DNA from: a virus
Length of the DNA stretch: 64,000 bases
Strand: one strand, 5' to 3'
IMG/VR virus record: IMGVR_UViG_3300012036_000004
Span: 37,736 to 101,735 of that record
Shown here: in pieces, positions 8,310-19,100 of the stretch
Position numbering within the stretch: the first letter of the stretch is position 1
How the letters are laid out: the number at the start of each line of letters is the position of its first letter
The notes under the pieces: generated by a model
Told to the model about the DNA's origin: nothing
The model's database searches: none
What the model saw: the letters and a program-made list of their open reading frames with translations, nothing else
Position numbers and translations under genes: made by a program

Positions 8310-10475
8310 ATGCAACCTATACGACTGCAACTGATTCGTCACCATAATACACCGGTGTTCGCCACAAAAGACGATCACTCAGATTTGAATCGAGTGTATG
8401 GCTACACTCGAGTTCGCAAGATGGGCCTCGCCCTCTTCCCCGCATTTCTCCCATTCTCCGAGCACGTGGTCAACGACCTCAACATCGTGTACGGCGAGGA
8501 GAACCTGGACTGGGCACTGGCTGCAAAGAACCACCTTGCCGAGTTAGAGAACGAAAAGCGTCGACAGAACTCTGAGAGCTTACCGGCTGGCTTCGAGTTC
8601 GTCACGGAGCCGTTCGGCCACCAGCGAGAAGGTGTGATACGCGCCATATACGAGCCGCGCACCGCGTTGTATTTCGACTGCGGTCTCGGCAAGACCAAAA
8701 CGGCTATCGATCTCATCCGTGCGTTGAAGTGCAAGATCTCCGACATGCGTGCCCTGGTTATCTGTCCGCCGCACCTTGCGCCGAACTGGGAAGAAGAGTT
8801 CGCTACGCATGATGATGGCGAACTTCGCGTCCGAACGCTACTCGACCACAACTCCAAAACGCTTGGGTCAAAGAAGCGGCGCCATGCCTATCATGGGACG
8901 CGTAAGCACGAGCCGAGTTGGCACCCAGACGAGCCGTGGGGTGAGCTCTTTCCCGATGTCGTATACGAACCCAGCCCTGACCGCGCCTTCCGTGTCGCTG
9001 GTGGCGATAACGAACTCGACTACCTGAAAGCGACGCAACGCGACGACTCCGACGAGCGCGGACGAGCTCGAGCTCGAATGCGTCGTCACGCCAAGAAGAG
9101 GGGCATCGACTTGCCTGCTCCTGCAAAACGAGTCAATCCGGCTCCCGAGCCTGTCAAGAACTTCGATGTGTTGGTGTTGCCATACTCAGTGCTCAAGAAG
9201 GATCTCAATCACATCCTGGACGCCTATCCCTACAACGTCCTGATCTGTGATGAATCGCACATGCTCCGCTCCCACAAATCGAACCGGTCGAAGGCTGTCC
9301 TGAAGTTGGGCGCCAAAGCGAGTCATCGCTACTTGTTGTCCGGGACCCCGGCACTCGGAACGCCGATGCATCTCTACGTGCAGCTTCGTTTGCTCGGCGG
9401 ATTCCTGACCGGCACCTGGTGGGAGTTCTACAAGCGCTACAATGTAGCCATCCGACGCCAGCACCGAGGCGTTGAGCATGACGAGGTCGTGGCCTACAAG
9501 AACCTCAACGTGCTCAATGAGATTGTCACCGAAGTGGCGCTTCGTAAGAAAGCCGATGACTGCCTCGACCTTCCGCCGGTCCGCACGTTGACCTATCCAA
9601 TCTATCCCAGCGACGAGACCAAGGAGATGTACAACGAACTCGTCCGAACACACTCTGCAGCGATTGGTGGTCGACAGATCCGTGTGGCGCACGCTGCAGA
9701 TCGATTGACGAAGCTACTCCAGGTGTTGTCCGGGTTCATCATCGACTCGCAGAAGGACTACGAGCTCTGCGATGGCGGCGACGACCGTCCGCCCTGCCCT
9801 CATCTGATGGACTGCGTTCGCAACAAAATCAACCCCTACACGCCCAAGTGTGCAATCGTGCAGGAGGACCCGCCCAAGCTTACCGAGTTGTTGGACGCGC
9901 AGGACAGGTGCGACCAGAGCATGGAGCTCTTTGAGTCCATCCTGTCCTCGGACGACAACAAGGTCATCGTGTGGGCCACCTTCCAGGCGGAGCTCAACAT
10001 GTTGGACGCAGCTTTCACGAAGGAGGGTTGGGACTTTGTCCGCGTCGACGGGAACACCAAAGACAAGCAGGCGGCCAAGAAGCGCTTCAACACGGACCCG
10101 AACTGTCGCATCTACCTGAGCCAGATCCGCACAGGTGTCGGCATCACGCTGAACGCGGCCAACTACACCGTGTTCTATAACGCCACTTTCGACCTGGGTG
10201 ATTACATTCAGGCGCAGAAGCGAAACGACCGGATCGGACAGGAGCGTCCAGTGACGGTTTACCAGCTGGTTGTTCCTGGTAGTGTGAACGAGTATATTTT
10301 CCGTTCCTTGGAGCGAAAAGAAGATATTTCTGCTGCCCTCACCGACCACGTTCAGTGTATACTGTGCGACCGCAATAAGGAGTGCGACGCTGCCGGAATC
10401 CAGCCGTTCGACAAAGACTGCATCTACTCGTCGAAGGAAGGCCGACTGCGAATGCGCCCTGCGCTGCTTAAATAG
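8310..10475 (+). CDS. SNF2-family (SF2) helicase/translocase
   Basis: CGLGKT, DESH, LSGTP, GVGITL, QAQKRNDRIGQ motifs. Start moved to ATG 8310 to avoid overlap with the portal. Confidence 0.9.
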   Translation: MQPIRLQLIRHHNTPVFATKDDHSDLNRVYGYTRVRKMGLALFPAFLPFSEHVVNDLNIVYGEENLDWALAAKNHLAELENEKRRQNSESLPAGFEFVTEPFGHQREGVIRAIYEPRTALYFDCGLGKTKTAIDLIRALKCKISDMRALVICPPHLAPNWEEEFATHDDGELRVRTLLDHNSKTLGSKKRRHAYHGTRKHEPSWHPDEPWGELFPDVVYEPSPDRAFRVAGGDNELDYLKATQRDDSDERGRARARMRRHAKKRGIDLPAPAKRVNPAPEPVKNFDVLVLPYSVLKKDLNHILDAYPYNVLICDESHMLRSHKSNRSKAVLKLGAKASHRYLLSGTPALGTPMHLYVQLRLLGGFLTGTWWEFYKRYNVAIRRQHRGVEHDEVVAYKNLNVLNEIVTEVALRKKADDCLDLPPVRTLTYPIYPSDETKEMYNELVRTHSAAIGGRQIRVAHAADRLTKLLQVLSGFIIDSQKDYELCDGGDDRPPCPHLMDCVRNKINPYTPKCAIVQEDPPKLTELLDAQDRCDQSMELFESILSSDDNKVIVWATFQAELNMLDAAFTKEGWDFVRVDGNTKDKQAAKKRFNTDPNCRIYLSQIRTGVGITLNAANYTVFYNATFDLGDYIQAQKRNDRIGQERPVTVYQLVVPGSVNEYIFRSLERKEDISAALTDHVQCILCDRNKECDAAGIQPFDKDCIYSSKEGRLRMRPALLK

Positions 10476-10483
10476 GAGATCCG

Positions 10484-11230
10484 ATGCCCCCTACGCTACA
10501 CGCAACCCTATCGTTCGATGACACTGCTGTTGAGGAGCTCGTGCAAGCGCACGTCGAGTCTCAGGGGTACTTCGTCGAGGACATTCACCCCGATGAGAGC
10601 TCTCTGGGGTATCAGGTGTCCGTACGGCCTATGACGCAGGAAGAGCTTCTGCTGCACGATCTGCCGACTGAGTCCGTCGAAGACCGTCTCCAGATTAAGA
10701 TCGATTCTCTGGTAGAAGAGACCCAGCGCGCATTCGGTAGCTTCGCTTCTCACATCGAGAAGCAGGCCCGCGACACAGAGATTGCGCTGGAGTCACGACT
10801 CGACGACCTGCGTGCGTTGAGTAGCAGCGCTCAGCAGACCATGCTCGAGATTCAGAGCCTGGCTGAGAAGCAACGAGCCACCCCGGTCTTCGTAGAAACA
10901 CCTACCGAGACTGTCGTGACACGTTCCGAAGCCGTTACGGAGACACGCCTCCCTGCCCCGAAACCTGAACCTACGATTGACGCCGAGCCTCTCGGTGGCC
11001 CTGTCAGTGTCATGAGCACTGGCGCGCCATCTGGTTCTTACGAGACGCTCAGCTTTGCCGACGCCGTTGCGGCGCTCCAAGAAGATGCGTCTGCATCGAA
11101 CCCGAACGACCACACACGGCAACGCCGATTCACCCAGCTCCACGAGGAGCTGGCCCAAGAAGCCGCGGTGGCTCGAGACCCGATTCCGGGCGAGTCCAGC
11201 GCATTTCCCTCTGACCTTGTGACCCAATAA
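10484..11230 (+). CDS. Hypothetical protein
   Basis: 248-aa ORF with AGGAG RBS, in operon. Confidence 0.7.
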   Translation: MPPTLHATLSFDDTAVEELVQAHVESQGYFVEDIHPDESSLGYQVSVRPMTQEELLLHDLPTESVEDRLQIKIDSLVEETQRAFGSFASHIEKQARDTEIALESRLDDLRALSSSAQQTMLEIQSLAEKQRATPVFVETPTETVVTRSEAVTETRLPAPKPEPTIDAEPLGGPVSVMSTGAPSGSYETLSFADAVAALQEDASASNPNDHTRQRRFTQLHEELAQEAAVARDPIPGESSAFPSDLVTQ

Positions 11231-11235
11231 GGCCT

Positions 11236-12171
11236 ATGACAGACGACATCACAGACGAAGAAGACGAAGACACATCCCGATCACGTGGACGCAGCCGCAA
11301 CCACGATTTCGGGGAGTACGACAAAGTGTACGACCTGCCCAGTGGATACCTCTCGGTGTCCCAGGTGGGGCTGTACCAGAAGTGCGGAGAGCGGTACCGG
11401 CGTCGATACGTCGAAAACCAACGAACGCCGCCTTCCTCGAACCTGGGCCACGGTCGGTTGATCCACAAGGCCGTCGAGACCCTGTTGCAGTACAAGATCG
11501 ACAACGAGCAACGCGTGCCTCCCGCAGACCTGGGGAACGACGCAATCAGTGATCACTTCCAAGAGATGTCACAGGACATCGAGATCTGGGACCCGAAGGT
11601 CCCCGACATCGAGACCTTCGAAGAGACGGCTCGTGAGTTGGTGGGGCTCTACGAAGAGTCGCGCCTGCCCGAAGTACTGCCGCGCGCCGTTGAGCTCAAG
11701 CTCAAGCGCGTTCTCCGTGGGCGCATCCCGTTTGTCGGGTACACTGACCTCATCGAGATGTCCCTGATGGATGTCGACTTCCAGCCTATGAAGTCACTCG
11801 ATGATTTGAAGTCGACAGACAGCGTTCGCGACCTCAAAGCGACCGGTCGAAAGTACGGCGCGCAGCGCGTCAAGAATTCCCTGCAGCTTTCGATGTACGC
11901 CGAGATCACCGGGCTCGAGAACGTTGGGTACGACCTGCTCGTTCAGAAGAAAAAGTCCGAGTTCGCCAAGCAGGACGCCTTCCGCTCCAAGCGGGAGAAA
12001 GAACACGCCGTAGATGTGGTAGAAGATGTCGCCAAGTCCATCTCCGCTGGCGTGTTCATGCGTGCCGATCCGGAGAGCTGGATGTGCACCGAGAAATGGT
12101 GCCCGTACTTTAGCGAGTGCCGAGGCGCCCAGAAGAGCATTCACACTGTCCCTGATGGAGAGAGCGTTTGA
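11236..12171 (+). CDS. PD-(D/E)XK nuclease, Cas4/RecB/AddB-like
   Basis: LSVSQ, N-terminal Cys (KCGERY), GRLIH, GYTD...DLK, QLSMY, C-terminal CTEKWCPYFSEC. Confidence 0.85.
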   Translation: MTDDITDEEDEDTSRSRGRSRNHDFGEYDKVYDLPSGYLSVSQVGLYQKCGERYRRRYVENQRTPPSSNLGHGRLIHKAVETLLQYKIDNEQRVPPADLGNDAISDHFQEMSQDIEIWDPKVPDIETFEETARELVGLYEESRLPEVLPRAVELKLKRVLRGRIPFVGYTDLIEMSLMDVDFQPMKSLDDLKSTDSVRDLKATGRKYGAQRVKNSLQLSMYAEITGLENVGYDLLVQKKKSEFAKQDAFRSKREKEHAVDVVEDVAKSISAGVFMRADPESWMCTEKWCPYFSECRGAQKSIHTVPDGESV

Positions 12172-12383
12172 TGGAGAAATTCGGAGTAGAAACCCATCGC
12201 CCAGGAGAAAAGAATGCCGGAGATAGTCGAACCTGCCCCTGGTGCGGACGTTCTGTCAGCGTTGACGGAGCTGTTCGACGATGCCCTGTACATGGAAGTG
12301 AGCCTTTCGAAGTACAGGGAGAAGCTGCGCCCGCTGACCGTTCCGACGTCAAGCTGGCTGGGGATGATAGCCCCGACGAATAA
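12171..12383 (+). CDS. Small zinc-finger protein
   Basis: CPWCG...CPVHG motif; coupled to the upstream stop. Confidence 0.65.
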   Translation: MEKFGVETHRPGEKNAGDSRTCPWCGRSVSVDGAVRRCPVHGSEPFEVQGEAAPADRSDVKLAGDDSPDE

Positions 12384-12873
12384 CTCGGATTACCCGAGCC
12401 CCGCGCGCGGCTTTGTGCCGCTCGCCCGGGTTCGGAGCTGGGAGCCTGCGGAAGGGGAGAAAACAGGACGACTGCATAACCTGCTCTTTCTGCAGAACAG
12501 CAAGATACTGTACCGAGCAGCACACACCAGCCATGCCGCTGGAAACGGCGACGAACCCTACCTCATATTCGTCACCCCAAGAGCCCTCCCTGAGGGTTGC
12601 CCGATTCAAACCGACACGAGCGACGCTTGTGACAACTGCGCCTTGTGGGCTCATTGCGCCACAGGGCGTCTTCCCTTCGCGGACCTACGCTACGTCAAGA
12701 TCAGCGGCTTTCACTGCATGAAAGTATGCAAGGTCGACGACGAGTGGTTCGATGCAGGGCAATCTGCGAAGCGCCTGAGTTACCGAACCCTAGACGCCAC
12801 TCCTCAGCAGGGGGTGCCTCTCACGGGAGTCGACCTCCGCGCACTACCTCAATTTGAACCATATTGTTATTGA
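12364..12873 (+). CDS. Hypothetical Cys-rich protein
   Basis: CDNCALWAHC motif; start moved to ATG 12364 to minimise overlap. Confidence 0.5.
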   Translation: MIAPTNNSDYPSPARGFVPLARVRSWEPAEGEKTGRLHNLLFLQNSKILYRAAHTSHAAGNGDEPYLIFVTPRALPEGCPIQTDTSDACDNCALWAHCATGRLPFADLRYVKISGFHCMKVCKVDDEWFDAGQSAKRLSYRTLDATPQQGVPLTGVDLRALPQFEPYCY

Positions 12874-13000
12874 ACGGAGAGATCACGAATGACACCGCGG
12901 CTTCGCTTCGCCTTACTCGTCTACTGGTATACTCTTCAGTACGTGAAAGAGGTTGAGCAAGCCCCCACCCAGGACCGGGGCTCAAACATCGTGAGCCTGG

Positions 13001-14224
13001 ATGAATACAGACGGAAAAAACATGCCACATTTACCCATATCTAAGATCTTGGCGGAGGACAATATCCGCCTCAACATCGACCCGGACTCTATCGAGGAGC
13101 TGGCCGAGTCGGTTCTCGCCGTGCACACGTTGAGCAACGGTGAGAAGACTTTGCTGCAGCCAATCACGTTGCAGAAGCTCGACAAACCAACGGAGGAGGG
13201 TCACACCCACCAGCTGCGTTACGGCTTCCGTCGTTACGCCGCCATGAAGTTTCTTCTGGAGAAGCACCCGGAGAAATGTTTCTGGGCCGCCAACGTGCCC
13301 TACCACCTCGACGACGCTGTCTACAACGAGGAGGACAATGCGACGACGCATTTCCGTCTCGTCGAGAACATTCAGCGCGAAGACATGTCGCTGCTCGAGG
13401 AGGCGATGGCGATGAAGCGAATCCAGAAAGAGCAAGGGATGAAGCAGTCCGAGCTCGCCAAGATGCTCGGTAAGAGCAAGGGCTGGGTGTCGCAACGTCT
13501 CGCGCTGCTCCGCATGGACGAGTCCGTACAGCTCGGCGTCCAGGAAGGAAAGCTGGGGCAGGCTCACGTCCGTGAGCTCGCACGCATCAAGAAGAAAAAG
13601 GACCAGGCCGACGTCGCGACCAAGCTTCTCCAAGACGAGTCGCCGTCCGTCGCAAAGGTCAAACGCGCCGTGAAGAAAGCACTCGGCGAGACCGAACCGA
13701 AAGAGAAGACGAAAGAGAAGACGAAAGAGAAGCCTGCCGAGAAGAATGACGACTCCGAAGAGGACTGGGAAATGTCCGAAGAGGAGCGCTCTAAGCAGGA
13801 TATCGATCAGCTCAAGACAGGTAAGAAAAGCAAGCCCGTCGAAGAAGAAAACGACGAGACGCCTGTCGAAGAGGCAGAGGAGTCCGAGGAGTCGGAAGAA
13901 TCGGAGGGAGAAGAGGAGGTGTCCTCAACCACCGCTCCTGCGCCTTCCGAGCCGTCTCGAGGAGACGTGCTGCAGACGATGTCTCACGAGGAGAAACTGA
14001 AGTTTCTCGAGGAAGACACAGAGCGTCGACTCGCAATGGAGTTCGACGGACGTAAGGGCGATCTCGAAGCTGAAATCTTGCGGTGCTCGCAAGCAGCAGT
14101 CGACGCCGTGAAGAAGGGCGACGCAGAGAAGGCCGCATACTACGCCGGAGCAGAGCAAGCGCTCAAATTCGCCCTGGGCTCGATCAAATCGATCCGCTAC
14201 GTAAAGCGAAAAGTAGCAAGTTAG
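13001..14224 (+). CDS. ParB/Spo0J-like protein
   Basis: IEELAESV...LLQPI, GFRRYAA (ParB box II-like), VENIQREDMS.LEEA, HTH QSELAKMLGKSKGWVSQRL. Confidence 0.88.
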   Translation: MNTDGKNMPHLPISKILAEDNIRLNIDPDSIEELAESVLAVHTLSNGEKTLLQPITLQKLDKPTEEGHTHQLRYGFRRYAAMKFLLEKHPEKCFWAANVPYHLDDAVYNEEDNATTHFRLVENIQREDMSLLEEAMAMKRIQKEQGMKQSELAKMLGKSKGWVSQRLALLRMDESVQLGVQEGKLGQAHVRELARIKKKKDQADVATKLLQDESPSVAKVKRAVKKALGETEPKEKTKEKTKEKPAEKNDDSEEDWEMSEEERSKQDIDQLKTGKKSKPVEEENDETPVEEAEESEESEESEGEEEVSSTTAPAPSEPSRGDVLQTMSHEEKLKFLEEDTERRLAMEFDGRKGDLEAEILRCSQAAVDAVKKGDAEKAAYYAGAEQALKFALGSIKSIRYVKRKVAS

Positions 14225-14226
14225 TG

Positions 14227-14267
14227 TTGACGAGTGGGGAGGTCTATCGCTACAACGATAGACCTCC
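14227..14267 (+). promoter_or_regulatory. Sigma70-like promoter overlapped by a perfect 12-bp inverted repeat
   Basis: TTGACG at 14227, an 18-nt spacer, then TACAAC; GGAGGTCTATCG-ctacaa-CGATAGACCTCC at 14238-14267. Confidence 0.5.
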
Positions 14268-14367
14268 TGCCTGGCAGCAGAGGAAAACAAACTAGACAGT
14301 CCACCCGGAGCGTATTCCTCACTCCGAATGTATACGTGTGTCTGTCGAACACCCTTGGAGAAAGATA

Positions 14368-15237
14368 ATGACAACTGAACTCGTTCTCACCGAAACCGTC
14401 CCCGCACTCGCGAATTACGAACTGACTGCGGAGATGGAGCAGCAACTCGAGGACCTCGTTTTCCTGATGACGACGCCTCCCATGGGTCTGGAGAACACGG
14501 ACTGGGAATGGCGTCCCGACATCGTAAAAATCAAGGCCCCTACAACTACAGACGACGCCTGTCCCGGTAACGCCGAGATCGGCGACATCTGGGCTGCAGG
14601 CGAGATCCTGTGGTCACGCAAAGAAGATGGGAAAGACGAGCCGTTTCGGTTCATCCCGATCTATCACTGGAAGCAGCACTCGAAGTTCGTCTACGGAAAG
14701 CGCCAGCCGGACTGCTCGAGCCCCGATGGTGTGACCGCTTATGACGGTACGCCGTGCGTGGAGTGTCCACACCTGCCGTGGAAGGGTAGCGCGAAAGTGC
14801 GTCCTGGAAGCGACAAGACCGCATGCGATGAGACGTTCTCGTTTCTCGTGATGGCCGAAGACATGAGCAACTTCTACGTGCTCAACTTCCGCGGCACCTC
14901 CGCCAAAGCAGGCAAGAACATCTTGCGCAACACACGCCGCGCGCTGTGGGGCAAGGTGTACGGCCTGACGTCCGTCGAGCAATCAACCGACACGAACACC
15001 TGGCAGAAGTATGACGTGGCCCCGATCTCGGGCTCTCGTCCTGCTCCCGAGGTTCAAGCGTTCGCACGCTTCGTCCACGAGCAGAAAGACCAGGCCGCAA
15101 AAGCTCAGAGCGCCGAGCTCAAGGCCGCGCGTGAGGCCATCGAGAAGACGCTCAATGCCGACCTCGAAGAAGGCGGCGCCATCGATGACCTCGAAGCCGA
15201 GCTCAACGCAGACGATGGGTTCAGCGAGTCGATGTAG
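14368..15237 (+). CDS. Putative ssDNA-binding/recombination protein
   Basis: Replication context, aromatic beta-rich core, Cys cluster, acidic C-terminal tail; GGAG RBS before ATG 14368. Confidence 0.45.
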   Translation: MTTELVLTETVPALANYELTAEMEQQLEDLVFLMTTPPMGLENTDWEWRPDIVKIKAPTTTDDACPGNAEIGDIWAAGEILWSRKEDGKDEPFRFIPIYHWKQHSKFVYGKRQPDCSSPDGVTAYDGTPCVECPHLPWKGSAKVRPGSDKTACDETFSFLVMAEDMSNFYVLNFRGTSAKAGKNILRNTRRALWGKVYGLTSVEQSTDTNTWQKYDVAPISGSRPAPEVQAFARFVHEQKDQAAKAQSAELKAAREAIEKTLNADLEEGGAIDDLEAELNADDGFSESM

Positions 15238-15258
15238 TCTCGATTCGCCCTCTCAATC

Positions 15259-15292
15259 GGGAGGGGTCGCTATGCGGCCTCTCCCTTTTTTT
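15259..15292 (+). terminator. Rho-independent terminator
   Basis: GGGAGGGGTCGC-tat-GCGGCCTCTCCC followed by T7. Confidence 0.8.
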
Positions 15293-15315
15293 GCCTCTTT
15301 CCCATCGGACGTATC

Positions 15316-16083
15316 ATGAGCAACGCACCGTGGAGTATCTCCAAAGCCAACATGGCACATGAGTGCACGTATCGATTCCACATGCGCTACACCAAGCGCG
15401 CAAAAGGCCGGCGTATCGAGAACTCCGCGGGCCGGATCGGAACTGCCGTGCACGACATCCTGGACCGCATGCTCCAGGGCACCGAATTCAAACGCGCCTT
15501 CGTCAATGCCTCCATCCAGAAACTGACTCGGAAAGAGATCCTGGAACTGAAGACGCACGAAGAGGGCATCAAACGATTCATCGAGCGGTTCGCAGACTGG
15601 CGCGACAAAATGGGGAAGCCAGAAGTCTACCCCGAAGTTCAGATGGCCATCACCGAAGAACTCGGCGAGACCGGCTACTGGGACAAAGACGCCTACTTCC
15701 GAGGTGTGCTCGACATCAGTACCGTGGTCACCCGCGGCGACCAGAAGTACGCCGTCATCATCGACCACAAGACCGGCATGCCGTCTGATATCGAGAAGTA
15801 CAAGCCGCAGCTCGACTCCTACGTCGCGATGGCGTCGGTAGTCTACCCCGACATCGTCGGCGCGCAGGCGGCCATTCACTGGGTCCGCGCGCAAGAGGCG
15901 GCGGATGAAGAAGTCATCGCCTGGGGCCCTATGTACAAACGCCCTGTCATTGAAAAACTCATACTTCCTCAGTTTTTGGAGCACCTTCAGTCCGCTGAAG
16001 CGCGCGCTCAAGAACGTCCCACACCCACGGAGGGGTGGTATTGCGAGTTCTGTGAATATCAGGATTCGTGCCCAATAAAATAA
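15316..16083 (+). CDS. PD-(D/E)XK nuclease, Cas4/RecB-like (second copy)
   Basis: WSIS...ECTYRF, GTAVH, RGVLD...IIDHKTG, QLDSY, CEFCEYQDSC. Confidence 0.87.
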   Translation: MSNAPWSISKANMAHECTYRFHMRYTKRAKGRRIENSAGRIGTAVHDILDRMLQGTEFKRAFVNASIQKLTRKEILELKTHEEGIKRFIERFADWRDKMGKPEVYPEVQMAITEELGETGYWDKDAYFRGVLDISTVVTRGDQKYAVIIDHKTGMPSDIEKYKPQLDSYVAMASVVYPDIVGAQAAIHWVRAQEAADEEVIAWGPMYKRPVIEKLILPQFLEHLQSAEARAQERPTPTEGWYCEFCEYQDSCPIK

Positions 16084-16108
16084 CCCAAGCCAAGACGGTG
16101 AGGTACCC

Positions 16109-19100
16109 GTGTCAAAATCATATAAAGTCCTGTCCCGGCAGGAGAAGTCGAAAATGCTTGCTGACGTCGGCATCGAAGACGTCCTAGCTCTCTGCCAAGA
16201 AGCTCGCCCCTCGCATCAATGCGAACGGCACGGCAACCGAATCCGTTCGCGCTGCATGTTTCCAGGGCACTCGGACGCCAACCCTTCGATGGACATTGTG
16301 TTCACTGAGGGCCGTGTTTTCGCCAAGTGTTTCAGTTGCGGTCAGTATGAGTCTGACGGCTTTCGCATCGTTGAGCACATCACCGGCATCCACGCCGTTT
16401 CGCGACTGTACGCCGAGATATTCGGACAGCGCTTCGGTCTCAAAGTCGACGCCGAGTTGGACGACGCGCTCGTCCAGGAAGACCTGTTTAGTCACTTCAA
16501 GAACTCGGTGCTGCGTGCCGGCGAACACCTTCTCGTCAACGCCTCATCCACCAAAAGTAAAGAGTACACCTACGCCCAAAGCGCGATCACCTATCTGGCC
16601 CAGCGAGGCTTCCCAGCAACCACGTTCCTGACATTGGGTATTGGCATCTTCCCGACGCTCGAGCACTTCGCTCAGCACGCAGACCAAGACGCACAGATCA
16701 CCATTGGTGAGTATTTCGGCCCTCGTGTCTTCGAGCAGAAGCCCAAGGCCGTCGGGCGCTACGGTGGTTGGTTGATGTTTCCCTACTACACCTCACCCAC
16801 GACGATCGGTCGCCTCAAACTGCGTGACCCCAAGAACAAGGACAATGAAGTCTGGCTGGGTATCCACAAGGAAGAGACGCGCGGCTTCTTCGGACTCAAC
16901 CAGTTCACCACTCTCGTAGGTAAAGACCTCAAGGAAGCCAAAACGGCGTATGTCGTCGAAGGGGAGTTCGACCAACTGGCGATGTTGCAGGCGCAGTTAA
17001 ACCTGAACCCCAACCAGCAGCACATTGTGCTCGGCGGCTCAGGCTCGGCTCCGACCAGCTTGGACATCCTGGCTGATTCCCGTATCAGCCGAGTCACGCT
17101 CGTGGGAGACAACGATGCGGGCGGCGACCAATTCGTTCGACGCATCCTGGAAGTGTCCGAGCAGGAACGTATCCACGACTTCGGGGTCTACGACTGGTCG
17201 ACCCTGCAGACGTATGGCGATCCTGACGACGTCGTTCAAGGTGGGGATTACCCGGACCTCATCCACGGCCTCACCACACGCAGTGACGTCAAAGAGCTCC
17301 ATATGTGGGCGATGGATACCGCCCTCAAAGAGATCGCGACGCTGAGCTCTCCGAGCTCTGTCGAGAAGATTGACGTGCTCGACAAGGGCTGCGCGTTCAT
17401 CAAGAACGACGTCGAGCGCGGGTTGTACGTTTCCGAAGTGTCGGCCACGACAGGTCTCGACGGCGGCGTGCTCTCAAAGCACATGATCTCTATCGACACC
17501 GAGCGAGGTTTCCTGGTCGCGCTCGAGCGTAAGCTGGGTGAGCACGCCTCGCCTGTTGCGATGAAGAACTCAGAAACGGCGCTGATGTTCTGTCGAAACT
17601 CGAACGAGATATTCGAGGTCAACCTCAAGAAGCCGCGCGACATCGAGCTTGCTCTGCAAATGCAGGTCTTCGGATGCACGACCTACGACTTCGTCGAAGA
17701 GAACATCGGCATCCCTGACCGCGTTCGCTACACCCAGGGAAAGGTCCCGACTGAGCGTCCCATCAATCACCAGGCCAAAGACCTGTCCGGTCACGTCGAC
17801 CTCGCCGTGCAGAACTTCGTGGCAGGCTCCAAGCCCTTGTCCAAGTACCGAGTGCGGCGACAGGGCGTTCACTGGAGCGATGTGACCGAAGACCCGGTAC
17901 GAGCCGAGGGTCTCCCCTCCAGCGCTCCTGCCCGCTGCGTTTACGTCGTAAACGGCCACCTTCGTCTCATGGGTACGCCCGGCTCAAACGGCCTGATGTA
18001 CTACGAGGAGCTGTCTGAGCCTGTTCATGGCCTCAATCTGTTGTGGGGAGACGACGAACCTTGGAGCGCAATGCTCACAAGCGCTGACTCCGCCAATAAA
18101 AAGCCCAAGCACACGCGCAAGGAAGTCTACGAACTTCTCCTGGACGTAGTAGACGGGTGGGCTTTTGAGCGGCACGACCTGGTCCGTCATTTCTGGGCGG
18201 CCTACATCATGATGCTGACGCATTGCGACATCTTCGAGAACCTGCCGTACGTGCTGCTGAACGCGCCTTCGCAGTCAGGTAAATCAACGATGCTCAAAGG
18301 TGTTCTTCGCGGAGAGGACCCGGGAGAGATTGGCCTCATCGAACACAGCCGAGGCTACGATGACTACACCGCCGCTGCCGTCATGCAGCACGCTGAGGGC
18401 TCGCCCATTCTGATGGGTCTCGAAGAGTTCGAGGCGGCAGACGACGCCAGCCGCAATGATTCCAAGGCCCGAGCAGTCCGCGCCATCCTAGCCTCTGTGC
18501 GAAACGCCAGCGGCCGAAAAGGGATGCAACGCTCTCGCGGCGGTCGCTACGGGACCCCATCCGATACGCACCTCCGTTTCCCGATCTCCGGGGCCGCCAT
18601 TCAGCCTCTGCAAGAAGAGGCCGACCGAAACCGGTGGTTCACCTTCGAGCTGACGCAGCAGCCAGGCAAGCTTCCGCCCGAAGCCTACATCCGTCAGAAG
18701 CTGGGCTGGGACGGCGTCTCCGACCTTCGCGAATCGATCCTGTTGAACTCACTACAACACGCGCACCGAGACTACCTTTCGGAGCAAGATATTCTGCAGA
18801 ACGTGTGGGACAAGGACGTCCTGACGACCCGCTCGACTCGAGGCGCAAAGTCTGTGGCGCCCATCTTGACCATCATGAAAGACGTGGAGGTCGACTACCT
18901 GAGCTGGGGGCAAACCTTTCTGGACTGGCGTAGCGATTTGCTGCGTGCATCGAACACGTCCGCCGAGCGGACAATGTTCCTGGCCGTCTTCGAAACCAAC
19001 GCCATCACGATTCCGAACGAGTTCCAGCGTCGAAGCCTCATCAACATTCTCGCCAACCCCGATCTGCGAAACCATCTAAGCTACGCAGACTGCGGAGCGT

